A stretch of DNA of 64,000 nt from Takakia lepidozioides (Eukaryota > Plantae > Bryophyta): the NCBI GenBank assembly GCA_030704615.1, contig CM060732.1, positions 40,920,001 to 40,984,000 on the forward strand, read 5' to 3'. Positions 46,261 to 64,000 of the stretch are shown here, in pieces. Each line of letters opens with the position of its first letter. Within the stretch, counting starts at the first letter, position 1. The position numbers and the translations under genes were made by a program. A model generated the notes under the pieces. The model searched no databases and was not told the origin of the DNA. It worked only from the letters and a program-made list of their open reading frames with translations.

Positions 46261-48814
46261 CACGACCCCTGCAGGGATGTCTCTCCATCTGTAGATCCGT
46301 TAGGAAGTGAAAGGCTAGGGCCCAACTTTCTTATGATAGTGTTAGCTGATTTTCAGTTCTTCCCCTCAGCTCGGTGCCTTTCTGTTTCCAAGTTACGGCA
46401 GTAGTTTCTGGCTGCAGTCTCTTTTCTTGCTAGACTCTTTAGCTCTATGCAGACCCCCTTCTTTACTTGCTTTCCTTCTTACTACTCTTTCTTGTCTTGG
46501 TACGCGAAGTTGTGTCTTCATCTTTCAGCCTCTATGGCACTCTATCCAGAGGTTATTTTTTCCACTTTGTATCCAAGGACATTTTATGTCCATTACCTAT
46601 AAAGTTCTGGAGGGCACTGTCCCCCCACTGTCCCTCTTTGTTAACAAAAATAAAAATAAATAAATAAAAGACAACAATGGCTTCCATTCTATGGACCTAG
46701 AAATCTAATGAGAATTTAAATCAATTAATAATCTAAATATTATAATTGTATGATTTAATTTATTAAATTAAAATATTATTAAAAAACCTCTTTAGTCATG
46801 AAGTTATATACTCATGACTACATCATGGCATCATGACATTATATAATACGATATTCTTTCCCACGTGTAGGTCATATATGTTGTCCATGTGGACACGTGT
46901 CACATCTGGAGTGCTACATATGTCCCTCTGACGCCTCTCCAATGGAGTCATATACTTTGTAGACATGTAGTCATATAGTTAATCATATATAAATCATAGA
47001 GTTGTGACTACATCGCTCTCTGCAGCTTGACTCCAGGTGCCACGCACGCAGTCACGGCTATGACTTGCAAAACGCAGTCCTAAAGACTAGTCGCTATGAC
47101 AGGGCTTTTTTCATTGCAGAGTGATGTAGTCATGAACGCATATAAGACTGAAAAAATAGTCATATGTGCAGTCATAAAAACGCTCATCTGTTGTAGTGTG
47201 AGCAGTGTGGAGAATGGGGAGATGAATAGAGTTTTGACTAAAAAAATATGTTTGCGTTGGTGCCCCATATATTGAGCGTATTGAAATTTGAGTGTGTGTC
47301 TTATGTGCATCAGTCGCAGTTTTAGTATGCCAAAAGTAGTTTGACAGCTTAAGATTGAGTACCAAATATTGTGTCCATTTTTTATTTGAATATGTACTTT
47401 GGTGTAGGCTATAGAGGCAATCATGGCTTGTTTGTTACCCTCACGAGTGAGGATAGTCATCAGATTATGTATTGGTCTGAGGTCTAGAAGGTCTGCCGTA
47501 TTACATGTTACTAGCCAAAATGGGTGTGCAAGATGACACTATGAATAAAACCAACAATACCATGAAAAAAACATGAGCTTGGAGCGCTACAAAGATTGGT
47601 TTCTGGACGAACTTACAAACATGGAAAATGGATAGTATCTTAGATAACAAGCTTGGTGGAGTGCAATGAAATTCGAATACTAGAAAAAAATTGGACCTTG
47701 GAAAAATAGACGAGTTCTGATGGCCACAACCACTAAAAGGTATGCAACAATGGAGTAGAAAGTGATGAAGCATGGAGTGAAATGATCCAAAAACCCAATC
47801 TAGAAAAACTGAGAGAAATTATCTGCATATTTCAAAAAGTTTTGATTATGAAAGATGCATCCCCTTAAGCCGTCAGAGCTATCTTTAGATGAGTCCTTAA
47901 GAGAGGAAAAAGAGCAAAAGCCCAAAATTCCCCAAAAGCCATGCATGACGAGAGCACCTACAACCAGTTGTGTTATTGATTTCCTCTGAAATCAGAAATT
48001 ATTGATTCTAAAAACTTCCACTTCGACTTTGGTTCAAAGAGACAAAGCAAAACATTACATTGAAACCTTGCTTCAATTGCTTGAAGTTTATCTTGGTACT
48101 TTGTTTTATGACATACTACTAATGTTTACAATTTCTTTGTGACACAGATTGCAATGACTGCAGTCAAGAGATTCTTTTTACACACCATTCTAGGTGCCCC
48201 CATCACATGTGGTCCAATTTTGCCAAATGCCAATAGCTAGCATTGTTTGTTTGCTTCTAACTTTCTCTCATATTTTTAATTTGGGAATGCAATCGCATTT
48301 TAGTATGCTTAGGCCCCGGCCGTACCAGGCTGCTAGTGTAGCAGGCTTGTTTTCCTAACGGTCGCTCTAGCTAAAAGTACCCCAGCCGCACCAAAGTTTT
48401 AGGTTAACACATGTTAGCACATAATGTTAGTTGTGAACACTTGTTCCCTGCCCCTGCCTGTTTTTCCTCGTGCAATGGAAGATGAAGAGATGACGAAAGC
48501 GGGTCGAAAGCAGATGGCATGGGGCAGCTGCCCGAAAACGACAGGTTGTTTTAGATTTAGCATGGGGGGAGGCAAGTGTTAAATTCGCCTTAAACCAGGA
48601 AAGGGAAGATAACATTAATTGGCACTAAAACACCTAGAGCAGGGCAGTGCGGCCGGAAATCACTGGATAACAATTGTTAACTAGCTTAGCAGCCGATAGC
48701 AGGCTGATCAGATCTGCTCCAATATTGGCAGTTTAGAACTTGTTGTAGTCAATCATGGGTTGGCCACATCACCATCACATATAGGACATCATTTAATTCC
48801 CCGAAGGATGCAAC

Positions 48815-49102
48815 CAGTGTTTTTAAATCTGGCGAAAATTCGCCAGATTTCGACCTGGAAAATGGGTTAGCTACTTTTACCAAGAAATTATGGGAGTAAA
48901 AATCAAGAAAATCGTCAGAAAGCGCCAATGGTTAAATACCTGGAGCCAGATTTGTCATACGTGGACCTGTTAAAATATGACACCTGTAATATAGCCACTT
49001 TTCTAGCTTTGTCACCTCGTTATTCTCGCCACATGGGTGCTGGGTAGAATTTACATGTCGCCTTGCCTGCGATTTTGGAAAAGTGAAAAAAAAAAAACAC
49101 TA
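48815..49102. mobile_element. hAT-type MITE (288 bp)
   Basis: Ends CAGTGTTTTT...AAAAACACTA; degenerate 8-bp TSD GATGCAAC / GACGCAGC; internal GGCGA/TCGCC motifs. Confidence 0.6.
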
Positions 49103-50989
49103 GACGCAGCTGAGGTTCATCCATTAAAAACGGGCTATACTACAAATGTGCCTTTGGACGTGCACCTTTGGCCCATGCATGGAAGTGCATAGAGTACTCG
49201 TCGAATTATGCCTTGTCCTCTCTAAAACGGTGGGCTTGGTACATGGAAGGAGACTCTTAGTGCTAGGCCACAACAATACTTTATGACTTAAATAAGTCTT
49301 GGCATATTTGAAATGTCATATATACTTTTCTTTTAATATAAAACAACTTTTTTGACTTAAGGAGAGACCATGCATACATTATTTTCTCTTCATGTACCTT
49401 TCCAATTAATACGTGCCTTGGCCCATACATAACCATTTTTCATAGAGGGCTCCATCATAGATTTATTATTTCATCCGTCTATATTTATCCATTCATTCCT
49501 AAGGTGAGTGCTATAGTTTCATTATATCCAGCTCCCTTAAAAAATTTCCCTTAACTTCCTTTAATAATATAATATTTAATAATATTTGACGCCTCCCGAA
49601 GGAAGCGTAAATTATTGAGTCTCTCTTCACCCCGAAGGGTTACTGCCTTCCGTGAGGAAAGTGGACACCTTTGTGACACCAATCGGTGGATTGAACCCAT
49701 AACCACTTCCGAGGTGGTATGTGCCCAAACTTGGTTGTCTGAGTTCCATTATGTTTAGTTCTCCTCAGATTTATATCTTCATTAGTTCCATCAGTACAAT
49801 TTAGTTCATTTCAGTTTGGTCCTTTCACATTTGCTCATTGCACTAATTTTTTACTGTTATAATGTCTATTACGTGAAGACTCAAAGACGGTTATCAATTG
49901 AGTCATTCATAAACTTCATGTTTATTTATTAAATATTATATCTCTTGGTTTCAGAACTCTTATTTTATAATCATAGTATCCACGATATAAATTACTTGGT
50001 GAGTTTTTGTTCGAATTTATTTTTTACTTGTTGCATTGTGCTCAAACCATTACTCCAATATTTTGTTGTGAATATGTAGTTCATTCTACAGAATCATTGC
50101 AAATGTCAAATAACCAGTCTGATCTTCAGAATAACTTTACCGTTGAGGTGTTTTTGATCAACTATATGGCATATTTACTTTCATGAATTTATACCAAAAA
50201 TAATGGTTATGACTGACATATGGTAGTTTTGTGATGGGACAATGTGTAGTGTTCATTTGCATGGGTAGTGTATTGAGAGTTAGTAAGAGGTCTGTGTAGG
50301 CTCGGGCATCGTTTATTTGGTCTTGGACGCATTAAACAGGCTCTAGACACATTAAGCATGATGATTGCTGTTTAAGGATGATGACTCTTAAGTTGGATGA
50401 AAACAATCATGTATCATTATCAACCGCCATTGGACATGGAGGATGCAATCCTTTGCTCATTGAGCTGCAGGCGTACAAGCACTTGCTGCTCTTGCACCAC
50501 CCACTTGTCAAGGACATTTGAAGCAACACCATAACCTAAAGTGTGTGTATACAAGGTTGGGTCATAATGAATTTTTGGCGTTTTGACTACACACTTGGAT
50601 GATTGGCTCTAACTGCTCATCCCATTATGGATGCCCGATTATAGCCGGTCCAATATTTAATACAAATATATCACGGAAAAATAGATACACGTAAATAGCA
50701 TCCATTGTACCAAGATACCTTTTTTTTTATGAGGCTGTTTAGGGAGTTGATTCAAAATGTTATATGATGTTGCAATAACAATTTATATCATATTTTGTAA
50801 TTAGAAATGTAAGGGTGGAGCCATTATGAAACTAGCTGCTCGTTGATTATTGGTTCGGTGGGACATTAATATCACTCATTCAGCCTTGGTTTTTATTGGC
50901 TCCTCTTTAGAACAAAGATGACTTCCCTAGGCGTCACCTCCTCTCCTTTGTTCAAAACTATTTCACGAAGTACCTCCAGATGAACACCT

Positions 50990-53627
50990 CCCTCCAATAG
51001 CAGCTCCCTTATTGAACAATTTATGAAAAATAAATGGATGAATTTTCAAGTTTATTATAGATGAAAGTTGAGTTAGTCAGAAAGAGGAGCCATATGCGAC
51101 TAGCACTTGTTTTCCATCCTTTAATAAATTTCCTCTCTCCCTCTGTCTCCCTCTCTCCTGGGAACTGGCAAATTGTTATCAGTGTTGATTTCTTGTTTTT
51201 CACCCATACCGGATGAAGTTTTGACAGAGTTTCATCCATCCTCTATCGGCTTTTTCGTCCATACCGGATGAGCCACCAGGATGGACACTGAATTACCGTT
51301 AGGATGGTTTTTTGGTTTTTTCATTCCTCTTTTATTGACTCTCATCCATACCGGATGAGTCACCAATGAATGAAAAATTACCTCTATGAGGATTGCCAAC
51401 AACATCCTGTTTTTCATCCATACCGGTTGAAAAGCTACCAGGATTATAATTTTTTATTCCTCTTTCATTGACTCTTTTATCCATACCGGGTGGTCTGATA
51501 AGGAATGATGAATTACCTAGGTGGAGGTAAACTGCTGCCACAGATGATATTATCTACTTTTCATCCTGACAAATGGTTTGTTTACGGATGACGAGTACAG
51601 ATGATTATGGCCTGGAATTGATCTTAACTATCCCTAATTATGATTAATTACGGGGTGAAACCCTAATCCTACCCTAAAACCTATTTTTAACTCTGCTACA
51701 GATGAAATCTGTCAGGGTAGAAGGATGTTTTTTACTATTTTTCATCCACGGATGATAAATCGGGCCATAAACCCTATGTTGTCTCTCCCGCTGTCAGAAG
51801 CACGAGATGTGCTTCTGAGCTCGTGGGGAGAGTGTTATGGTGGACGTGCTTTGGTGGCCTCGTTTGTGGTGTCGTACCCGTGCTGGGCGAGCGCCCGGGG
51901 ATTGCGCGAAGGCGGCGCCTTGTCTCTCTTGCAGCGGGAAATACTGCTGTGAATGCAGTGGCATCTTCCTTCCTCTGGCTTTTAATTTTAGTAGTGGCAT
52001 TTGTGCTGGGAAGTCTCTCTCCCTCCCTTATATTGCCTTGCGAGTTTGCCTGCTTTGTTTCATTGCTCATGTGCTTTGTGGAGGCGACTTGCTGCGGGTG
52101 GTGATGGCGCATAACCCTCTTCCCCAATTGCTTAAGGTACCTTTGGAGTTTAGGAATCCTTGTGTTCTTATCTTCTTCTCTTGTATTTGAGATTCTTAGT
52201 TGACATCGATGACAAGTGTGAGGGTCTGTGATTCACCTGGGGTTCCACAATCCTCATTAATCCGTTGATTTTGTGGGGGCTTGTGATGGGACCAGGTGAG
52301 GATCCTCACCTACTTTGAAATTTCTTGAGCATGCAGTTGGGGATATGGGCTGAGGAGACCTGTAAGTTATCGCACTTTGAAGTGGTTGTTGCCTGCAGCC
52401 CCGAATTCAACCCGACTGCTCCTGGTTTGGCATGCTACAGCCTATGTTTTGACTTTTGTTGTTCTGCCGTCGATGGGGCAACTTGACCTGTCTGGCCTGT
52501 CTCATGAGGCCTACATACAGACCATACCCTATCTTTTGATCCTTGACAGCAGGGCCTGTGGATTAATGAACTAGGTTGTAATTTCTTTGGGCCATAGAGG
52601 ATCTGGTTTTATGGGGGCTGCCTCGGTGGGTTTGGGACTCTAAGGACGTGGTGGCCTTGAATGTTATGGCGGCAGCATGATAAGGCACCGATCTGCTCCT
52701 TTTCGGGCCTGTTTCTGGTGTGTGATGGATCATAGTGAGGTGTTCTTTGCAAGCTTTAGCATGGACCTCTTGAAGGATGAGGATGGTAAGCTGTAATGGA
52801 ATCCTACCTATAGTTTTGGCTTTGTCATGACATCAGGCCTATGACCTACAATTTGAGTTTTTTATGTGCCAAAGAGGCTAGATCTCAGTTGTTCAAATTG
52901 TTTGTGTGTACAAGTCTTGAAGTTGCAATTTGACAGGCTGAATTCACATTCCTTTGACACTTTGTATGATTACATGTCTCGGTGTGAGTACAAATGGTAT
53001 GGAATCTATTTCATCATGCCCAAGTAGGAGTGCTTGGAAGCATGTTTTGATTCTGAAAAATTGTAGGCTGGTCCTTATGCCTTGCTCGATGCATGTTGCT
53101 AACTATTTTGTCATACCCAAGATATTTGCTTGATTCTTGAATTTGTAATATTGCAGGCTGGTTTCACATACCCAAGATGTTTTGCTCTATGCATGTCTTG
53201 TTGTAATTGTGATCAAGAAAGGGTATGACAGGCTGCAACAATCTGTTTTTTCGGAACACAAGATGCTTGCTATATGCTTGTCTTGTTGTCATGACCTGTA
53301 CATGAACAAACCCCGCCCTCCCACCCTGTTTTATCTTGAATGATTGGGTGAAGTCAATTCATGGGAAGCTATGACAAGAATGGAAATGTTAGATGGTGCC
53401 CTGTTTTGGGCTGTTTACGTCTTTAATTGACAATGACCCTAGTGGGTCTAGTCCATGTCTTGACATGACATGAATATCTTCCCTCCAATAGCAGCTCCCT
53501 TATTGACCAATTTATGAAAAATAAATGGATGAATTGTCAAGTTTATTATAGATGAAAGTTGATTTCGTTAGTCAGAAAGAGGAGCCATGTGCGACTAGCA
53601 CTTGTTTCCATCCTTTAATAAATTTCC
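50990..53627 (+). repeat. ~145-bp direct repeat pair (50990-51133 and 53481-53627)
   Basis: CCCTCCAATAGCAGCTCCCTTATTGA.CAATTTATGAAAAATAAATGGATG...CCTTTAATAAATTTCC occurs twice, ~95% identical. Confidence 0.9.
51170..51770. repeat. MITE-like element with repeated (T)CATCCATACCGGATGA motifs
   Basis: CCATACCGG at ~51203, 51259, 51346, 51418 and 51481; TCATCC/GGATGA-rich. Confidence 0.55.
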
Positions 53628-54360
53628 AGGGCCTTTGTCCCTGTTCTTTTAAAAAAAAAAAAACTTGTTTTTTAAGCAAAATAAACATATAGTTTTGTTT
53701 CAACACATAGGTTGTACAATGGTCTTTCCATTCAATCATCTGCTCAACGAAATCTACAATGTGTCATTACACCTTATGCAGGTTAACACTACACAAGCCA
53801 GAATCCAGTTTAATTATTAACAACTATGAAAGTTTTAAAAATTCACTATTGTGTGAGACCCTGGTTTCCTGACATCTCTTCCTGAGATGTGGAAATCATG
53901 CCCCCCTTCTGCAATGGGGACACATGCCCTTCAAATCTAGTTGGGAGCCATGTCCATTCGTCAAACCTCAGCAAGAACTATGCATGCATCACCTCAAGGA
54001 TATGTTGTAGAGTTAACCCAATAGAGTACTGTTGTATACTGGCTTGCCTTGCAGAAGACATGAATACTATAGGACTTTGACGTTATCCAGGTAAGGGAGT
54101 AAGATTTGAGACCCACAGCCGTATATCTGCCCTTGCAAGGGACCTTGAAGGTAGCGAAAGACTCCACTCCCATTCTTGCATTGTTGCTTACCATCTAATC
54201 AATCATTCAGCAACATCTCAACTTTCTTTCTCATGGAAGGACAAGAAGTTGCGCACGGGTCCTTTAGGAAGAGCAACTATCCTGACTAGGCCTTACCTCT
54301 TTTAAAAAAAATGGCTTGATCGGGTAAAAGGGAATAACTGCCTGACAAAGGCTGTCTTGT

Positions 54361-59535
<5,175 letters not shown>

Positions 59536-60317
59536 ACGCAACGGGGACTACACCACACACAATCGAGAATCAAAACGGTACCCACACGAATTGAGCAATC
59601 GGGTCTACCAGTCTGTCCCCTGGGCCATGATCTCCTACACAGAACGTATCTATCCTTTCGGGCAAAAACCCACCTCCCTCCTCGTCCCCTGTTTCACACA
59701 GACCTTCACCCCACCTCCTCTCTCCCCAGGACTGCGATGGCGACGTTGCTATGCTAAGCTCCGCATCATCTAACCGCAATTGTTTCCATGTAATGTGATC
59801 TATTATGCCACAGAGAACAGATAGATCCTCTTCGACACCAACATCCAGACATCAAAAGTGTAAGGGATTATTGGAACCCTCGACAGGATTCTCGTGTACC
59901 CTTTTCAGTTAGTGTCCGAAGAGAAACTAAAACTACAACTTATTAATCTCGAGTTATCTATCCAAGCTTTCTGGGTGGGCACGGGCTCAAATCCACAAGC
60001 GTTGGTGCTCGTATGAGTTTCTGTGTGAAAACTGCACGAAAAGAGTCACTCGGAGGGGTCTTATTGCGAATCTGAATGCCATGTCGGCGCATCTCCTTTC
60101 CCAGTGCAGAAGTGCGGAACCCACAAGTAGTATCTTGAGGGTCAAGGCTGCATCTTTGGCAAGTCGATTGGAGGAGGATTTCAAGGAGTTGAAAAGGTTC
60201 ATATGTGAAGATGGGATTGGCCACGCCGCTACCATCACAGTCCCAGTTCTTCGCAGGAGCTGATGAGTCTGGGGTAGAGCAGGAGATTGAAGGAAAGGGG
60301 CGATGTGATCCGTGGCA

Positions 60318-63300
60318 ATGAGTGCACAGACGTCGCTGCCGGCTGTGCCAGAAGTCCAAGCCTCAGCTCCCAGTTCCAATGGTGCTCCATCTGTTGGAGT
60401 GGCAGCTGTGCCTGTGGGTGACGGCGGAAGCTTGCAGTCACAGCAACCCCCCGTCTCTACCTCTTCGAATGCTGGAGAGCGCAGCAAAGAGACTGGAAAA
60501 GGTGGCCGTAAGGTGTGTGTGTGTGTGTGCCTCTCTCTCTCTATTAATTGATTTGTTCTTCTCGATTTTTTGGGGGACGTTTGTGTGCATATGTGCTACT
60601 TTTGTAGTCTGTTTCTTGGTAAATTCTTCCCTCAAGAAGGATTAAGGGATTTTGTCTCCGTCCCCCAAAAACTATCCAATCAGTCTGATGGGCTCATGGG
60701 CTCTTCCTCGTCTCTATCATTTTGGGTGCTTCTTTTGCGCGACTTCAAGAAAATATGGTTGTGGGCAGGCAAGCGCTGATTCTCCCTCTTGCCCATTTTG
60801 AAAGAATGAATTTTTGAGCTGTCGGTCGCTTTATGAGAAAACCCCCCTGTCCACATGCGGCGGGCATTTGTGGCAGTCCAATAAGAAGTAGTATCCGTGT
60901 TTGTGGGAGGCGGGTTCGCACATCAGTAAACCTACTTACCCGTGTGCTTGCGAGTATTCCTATTCCTCTACTGATCCTTCAATTTCACTCTTTGTTTTGG
61001 CTTGTCTTCCCACCGCGGTGTCAAATCACCAATTCACTTTCATCGTCCAATTTGGAACTACGCATGTTTTGCTTTGGTAGATGGGAAGCGTCGAAGGAGT
61101 GCAGGGTGGGTTCAAGGCACAGTGTTAGAGAAACTCTTGCCACTTTGTGTACATGGGTAATACTGGGTATTTCGTACAACAATGACCACTGAAGCAATTG
61201 TCCACTTCAGAGATCTTAAGGATTACCTCAACCCTGTTTAGAGGTTAGCCGCAATGGTCAGGGTTGAGTAAACCCTTAGTGACAAATATGGAGATTTTAC
61301 AGCTCCAGTACAAAGGGTGACTGGATCCATTGGTTTCAGGATCTATAATGTTTCTTGCACACAACGATTTGGGAATTAACAGTAGAGTGAGATCCACCCA
61401 AGCAAAGGCCCGACAAAGGGGCCACTGAGCTGAAAGGGTTTAGTTAGCAAAGAGGCAAGCACCCCAAAGCAGGCAACATATAACCTCATCGATGCCAAGT
61501 TATGCCGAGCAGCCTGTCCAGTTAGGAAAGTCGCTAATTGCCAAGAATCCTGTCCATCATTTCTCAGTTGCAGATGACTACCGCCACAGAGGGAAACAAT
61601 CCTTCACAGCACTTTGAGCAGCTTTTCTTGCTGTGCCCAAATTGTATGTCCTCATGTTGAATAAGGTTGTTGGAAAACACCTGCTGTCCCACGGTCTCAG
61701 CTGGAGGGCTGTTGAGCAGAAGTTGAGGTTTGGCATTACTTAAGGCCTTGCGAATTGTGGCCCATATACCTCAACCAGCCTACAACCAGCCATATAACCT
61801 TGTTTTCTAATTTTGAGGTCCCATCTTGTAAATTGGAAACTTGAGAGTTAAACTGAAATGTATGAATGGCATGAGAGAATGGATGATGCACCATGTGGCT
61901 CTAGTTGAACCCTATGAGGGGCCCTATGGTTAGAGAAACACATGAATGTGAAGGCACTTTACTATGTACTTTGACAGGTGACAGTAGTAGTTTTAGGCTA
62001 GCATCAAGCTTTCTTCAGGCGAAATAGCTAACCTGGTGGGTTAAACCCACATCCAGCTCTGGAGGAGTCATATCCTGCAGGGATCATTGTCCTCTCTCTG
62101 TTACTCACAACCTTGGGCCAAAAACAAATAAACATATGCACCTGACTGGGTGTGGCCTTGTTTGTGAAGAGGTGTGCGCGTTGTGGGAGGAAGTGGCATA
62201 AATCGTGGCGGTGTGCAACAACTGTTCGTGAGTGTGCCCGCTGTTCTAATCCAGGAAACACTCAACAGTGTCACACTGTTGTAATGCGAACCCGCCTCAT
62301 GAAAGGATACCGAGACAGGTATTGACGAAGTTTCTAAATATAGTTTGAAGGATCTGTCTTGAACATGAGTGGACGGAGTGTTAAGCAAGCAAGTATGATG
62401 GTCTTATGAGCGATGATGGAAGAAGCCAGGGATAAACAACTTGAAAGGAAAAACTTGGATGCATAATCTCTGTTGGGATCCAACTCTTACCGAGTGTAAA
62501 GTCCAAGGTCTCTTGTTCAGGTGAACTCATCTCCAACCGTTTATGTTGCTGATGTCTTTGCATTGTGCAAGTGTGGACACAGGGGTCAAGTTAAGGAGCT
62601 CCAATCAACTCTTGCTAGTCTCAAGAAGGATGGGCACCGGCCAACTGTAGAGTCATACACTCTCTTAGTGAGTGGATTAGTAACCAAGGGCAGAATGCAG
62701 GAAGCCCAAGCTGTACTTCAGCAGATGGACGATGATGAAGTTTTGCCAGATGCTATTTGGTTCAACACACTGTTAAATGGGTGGTGTGAGGTTGGCAAAA
62801 TGAAGGAAGCTCAGTCAGTTTTACTGCAAATGAAAGACAGAGGTTGTGCCCCAACGTCTAGCACTTATAATACTCTGATCAAGGGATATGGACTAGCTGG
62901 CCAGCCTAGAGACGCTATGAAGGTGCTGCAGGATATGGGGAAGGGACAGGATACGAAACCTACCCGCCGGACTTTCAACATGCTCATAAATGTGTGGACA
63001 AAAGAGAAGAATCCAGAAGAAGGGAGGTGGGTAATGTCTCTGATGCGTGCAGCCAAGGTTGCACCGGACGTCGTCTCGTACAACACTTTAGCCCAGGTCA
63101 TTTGCACTTGTCCTGGGCTCACACTCTGTCTCACCTTGCCTTGCTGTCATCTGCTAACATTCACAGCCGTGTCGACTATGGTAGTTCTGGACTGTCTGTC
63201 ATACTTTTCTTGTTTGATGTCAATGCCAGCTCTTGAACCATCAGAACTCTAAAGGAAAATTTGACACCTTTGCGTGCTAGCCTTGTGATTCTTTAATTTG

Positions 63301-64000
63301 TTTTGAGGTTCAGGAAGAAATAATTGAGTGACAGCTTGATTATACTTTGGCTCAGGCTTATGCCCAATTGGCGAGGCCCTGGGAGGCAGAGCGCGTTATA
63401 GCAGAGATGCAAAATGCTTACTTGAGGCCAAATGAGCGGACATATGGGATTGTTATTAGTGGTTTTATTAAGGATGGGAAGATCGAACACGCATTACCCT
63501 TGATTGATCGGATGCGAAACGAAGGAATACCACCAAATTTAGCTGTCTTCAATATCCTCATAAAGGGCTACGCTGAAGCATTGCAGGCAGATGGCATTGA
63601 CAAGGTAACCTTCTGACAACTACAGCATCATAAGGATTTTACCTACTGGCAAGTTGTTTGTTGTGATCAGGTCAGAGAACATGGCTGAGGGATGAGGTTG
63701 GAATGTTTACTGTATACTTCACAGGCCTGTGAATAAGCTTAAGCATTTTCCAAGGTGTTCTAATCAATTATGTGGGTTGGATTCCGGTTCTGGGGTCCCT
63801 CTTTTCCCCTCTCACCCGCATGTTCGGTTGAGCAGGTGTTGGCACTCATGACAAGACATAGAGTGAAGCCTGACGTCCAAACCTTCGGCCTCATCATGAA
63901 TGCTTGGAGTGAAGCAGGTTTCATTGATGAGGCTAAAGCCACATTACAAAGAATGAGGGAGTTTGAACTACAACCTGATGTGACGGCTTACTCTATTCTT
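60318..64000 (+). CDS. P-class pentatricopeptide repeat protein, At5g21222/At5g25630-like; exons ~60318-60512, 62521-63096, 63356-63604, 63836->64000 (continues beyond the window)
   Basis: Tandem 35-aa P motifs (GHRPTVESYTLLV, PDAIWFNTLLNG, GCAPTSSTYNTLIKGYG, PDVVSYNTLAQ|AYA, PNERTYGIVISG, PNLAVFNILIKG, KPDVQTFGLIMNAWS) with GT-AG junctions in phase 0. The first exon is less certain. Confidence 0.88.

Larger units (their letters stand above)
32102..47198. mobile_element. Non-autonomous Pack-CACTA element carrying OSB-PDF/PPR gene fragments, with the 11.3-kb retrotransposon nested inside
   Basis: TIRs CACTACAAGAGATGAGCGTTTTTAGGAC (32102-) and GTCATAAAAACGCTCATCTGTTGTAGTG (-47198). 3-bp TSD TGA on both sides (32099-32101, 47199-47201). 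GACTAC/GTAGTC subterminal repeats. No transposase. Confidence 0.92.

Overview
Eukaryotic nuclear DNA from a seed-free land plant, probably a bryophyte. This is inferred from GT-AG introns, PLS- and P-class PPR genes, OSB 'PDF' motifs, a TBL fragment, and an axonemal SAXO/STOP-domain gene, which implies flagellated sperm. Three host genes look intact: a SAXO-like gene (25258-27491 +), NTMT1 (8 exons, 54361-59535 -) and a P-class PPR gene that runs off the right edge (60318->64000 +). Most of the rest is nested, decayed transposons: Sola-like, hAT, Ty1/copia, MITEs and a 15-kb Pack-CACTA carrying OSB-PDF/PPR exons. The standout is an 11.3-kb Ty3/gypsy-type retrotransposon (33614-44947), with a second rearranged copy at 16652-20855. 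It combines five features. (i) A complete C5 cytosine DNA methyltransferase domain sits in frame between protease and RT. (ii) The DDE integrase ends in a PHD finger. (iii) The termini are split direct repeats A...B-A-B with a palindromic GACA-GC-TGTC junction, rather than ordinary LTRs. (iv) A self-complementary (Tf1-like) primer site replaces the tRNA PBS. (v) Host gene fragments are captured in the leader. Both copies abut the same codon of two diverged OSB-PDF paralogues. All identities are by eye; no searches were run.
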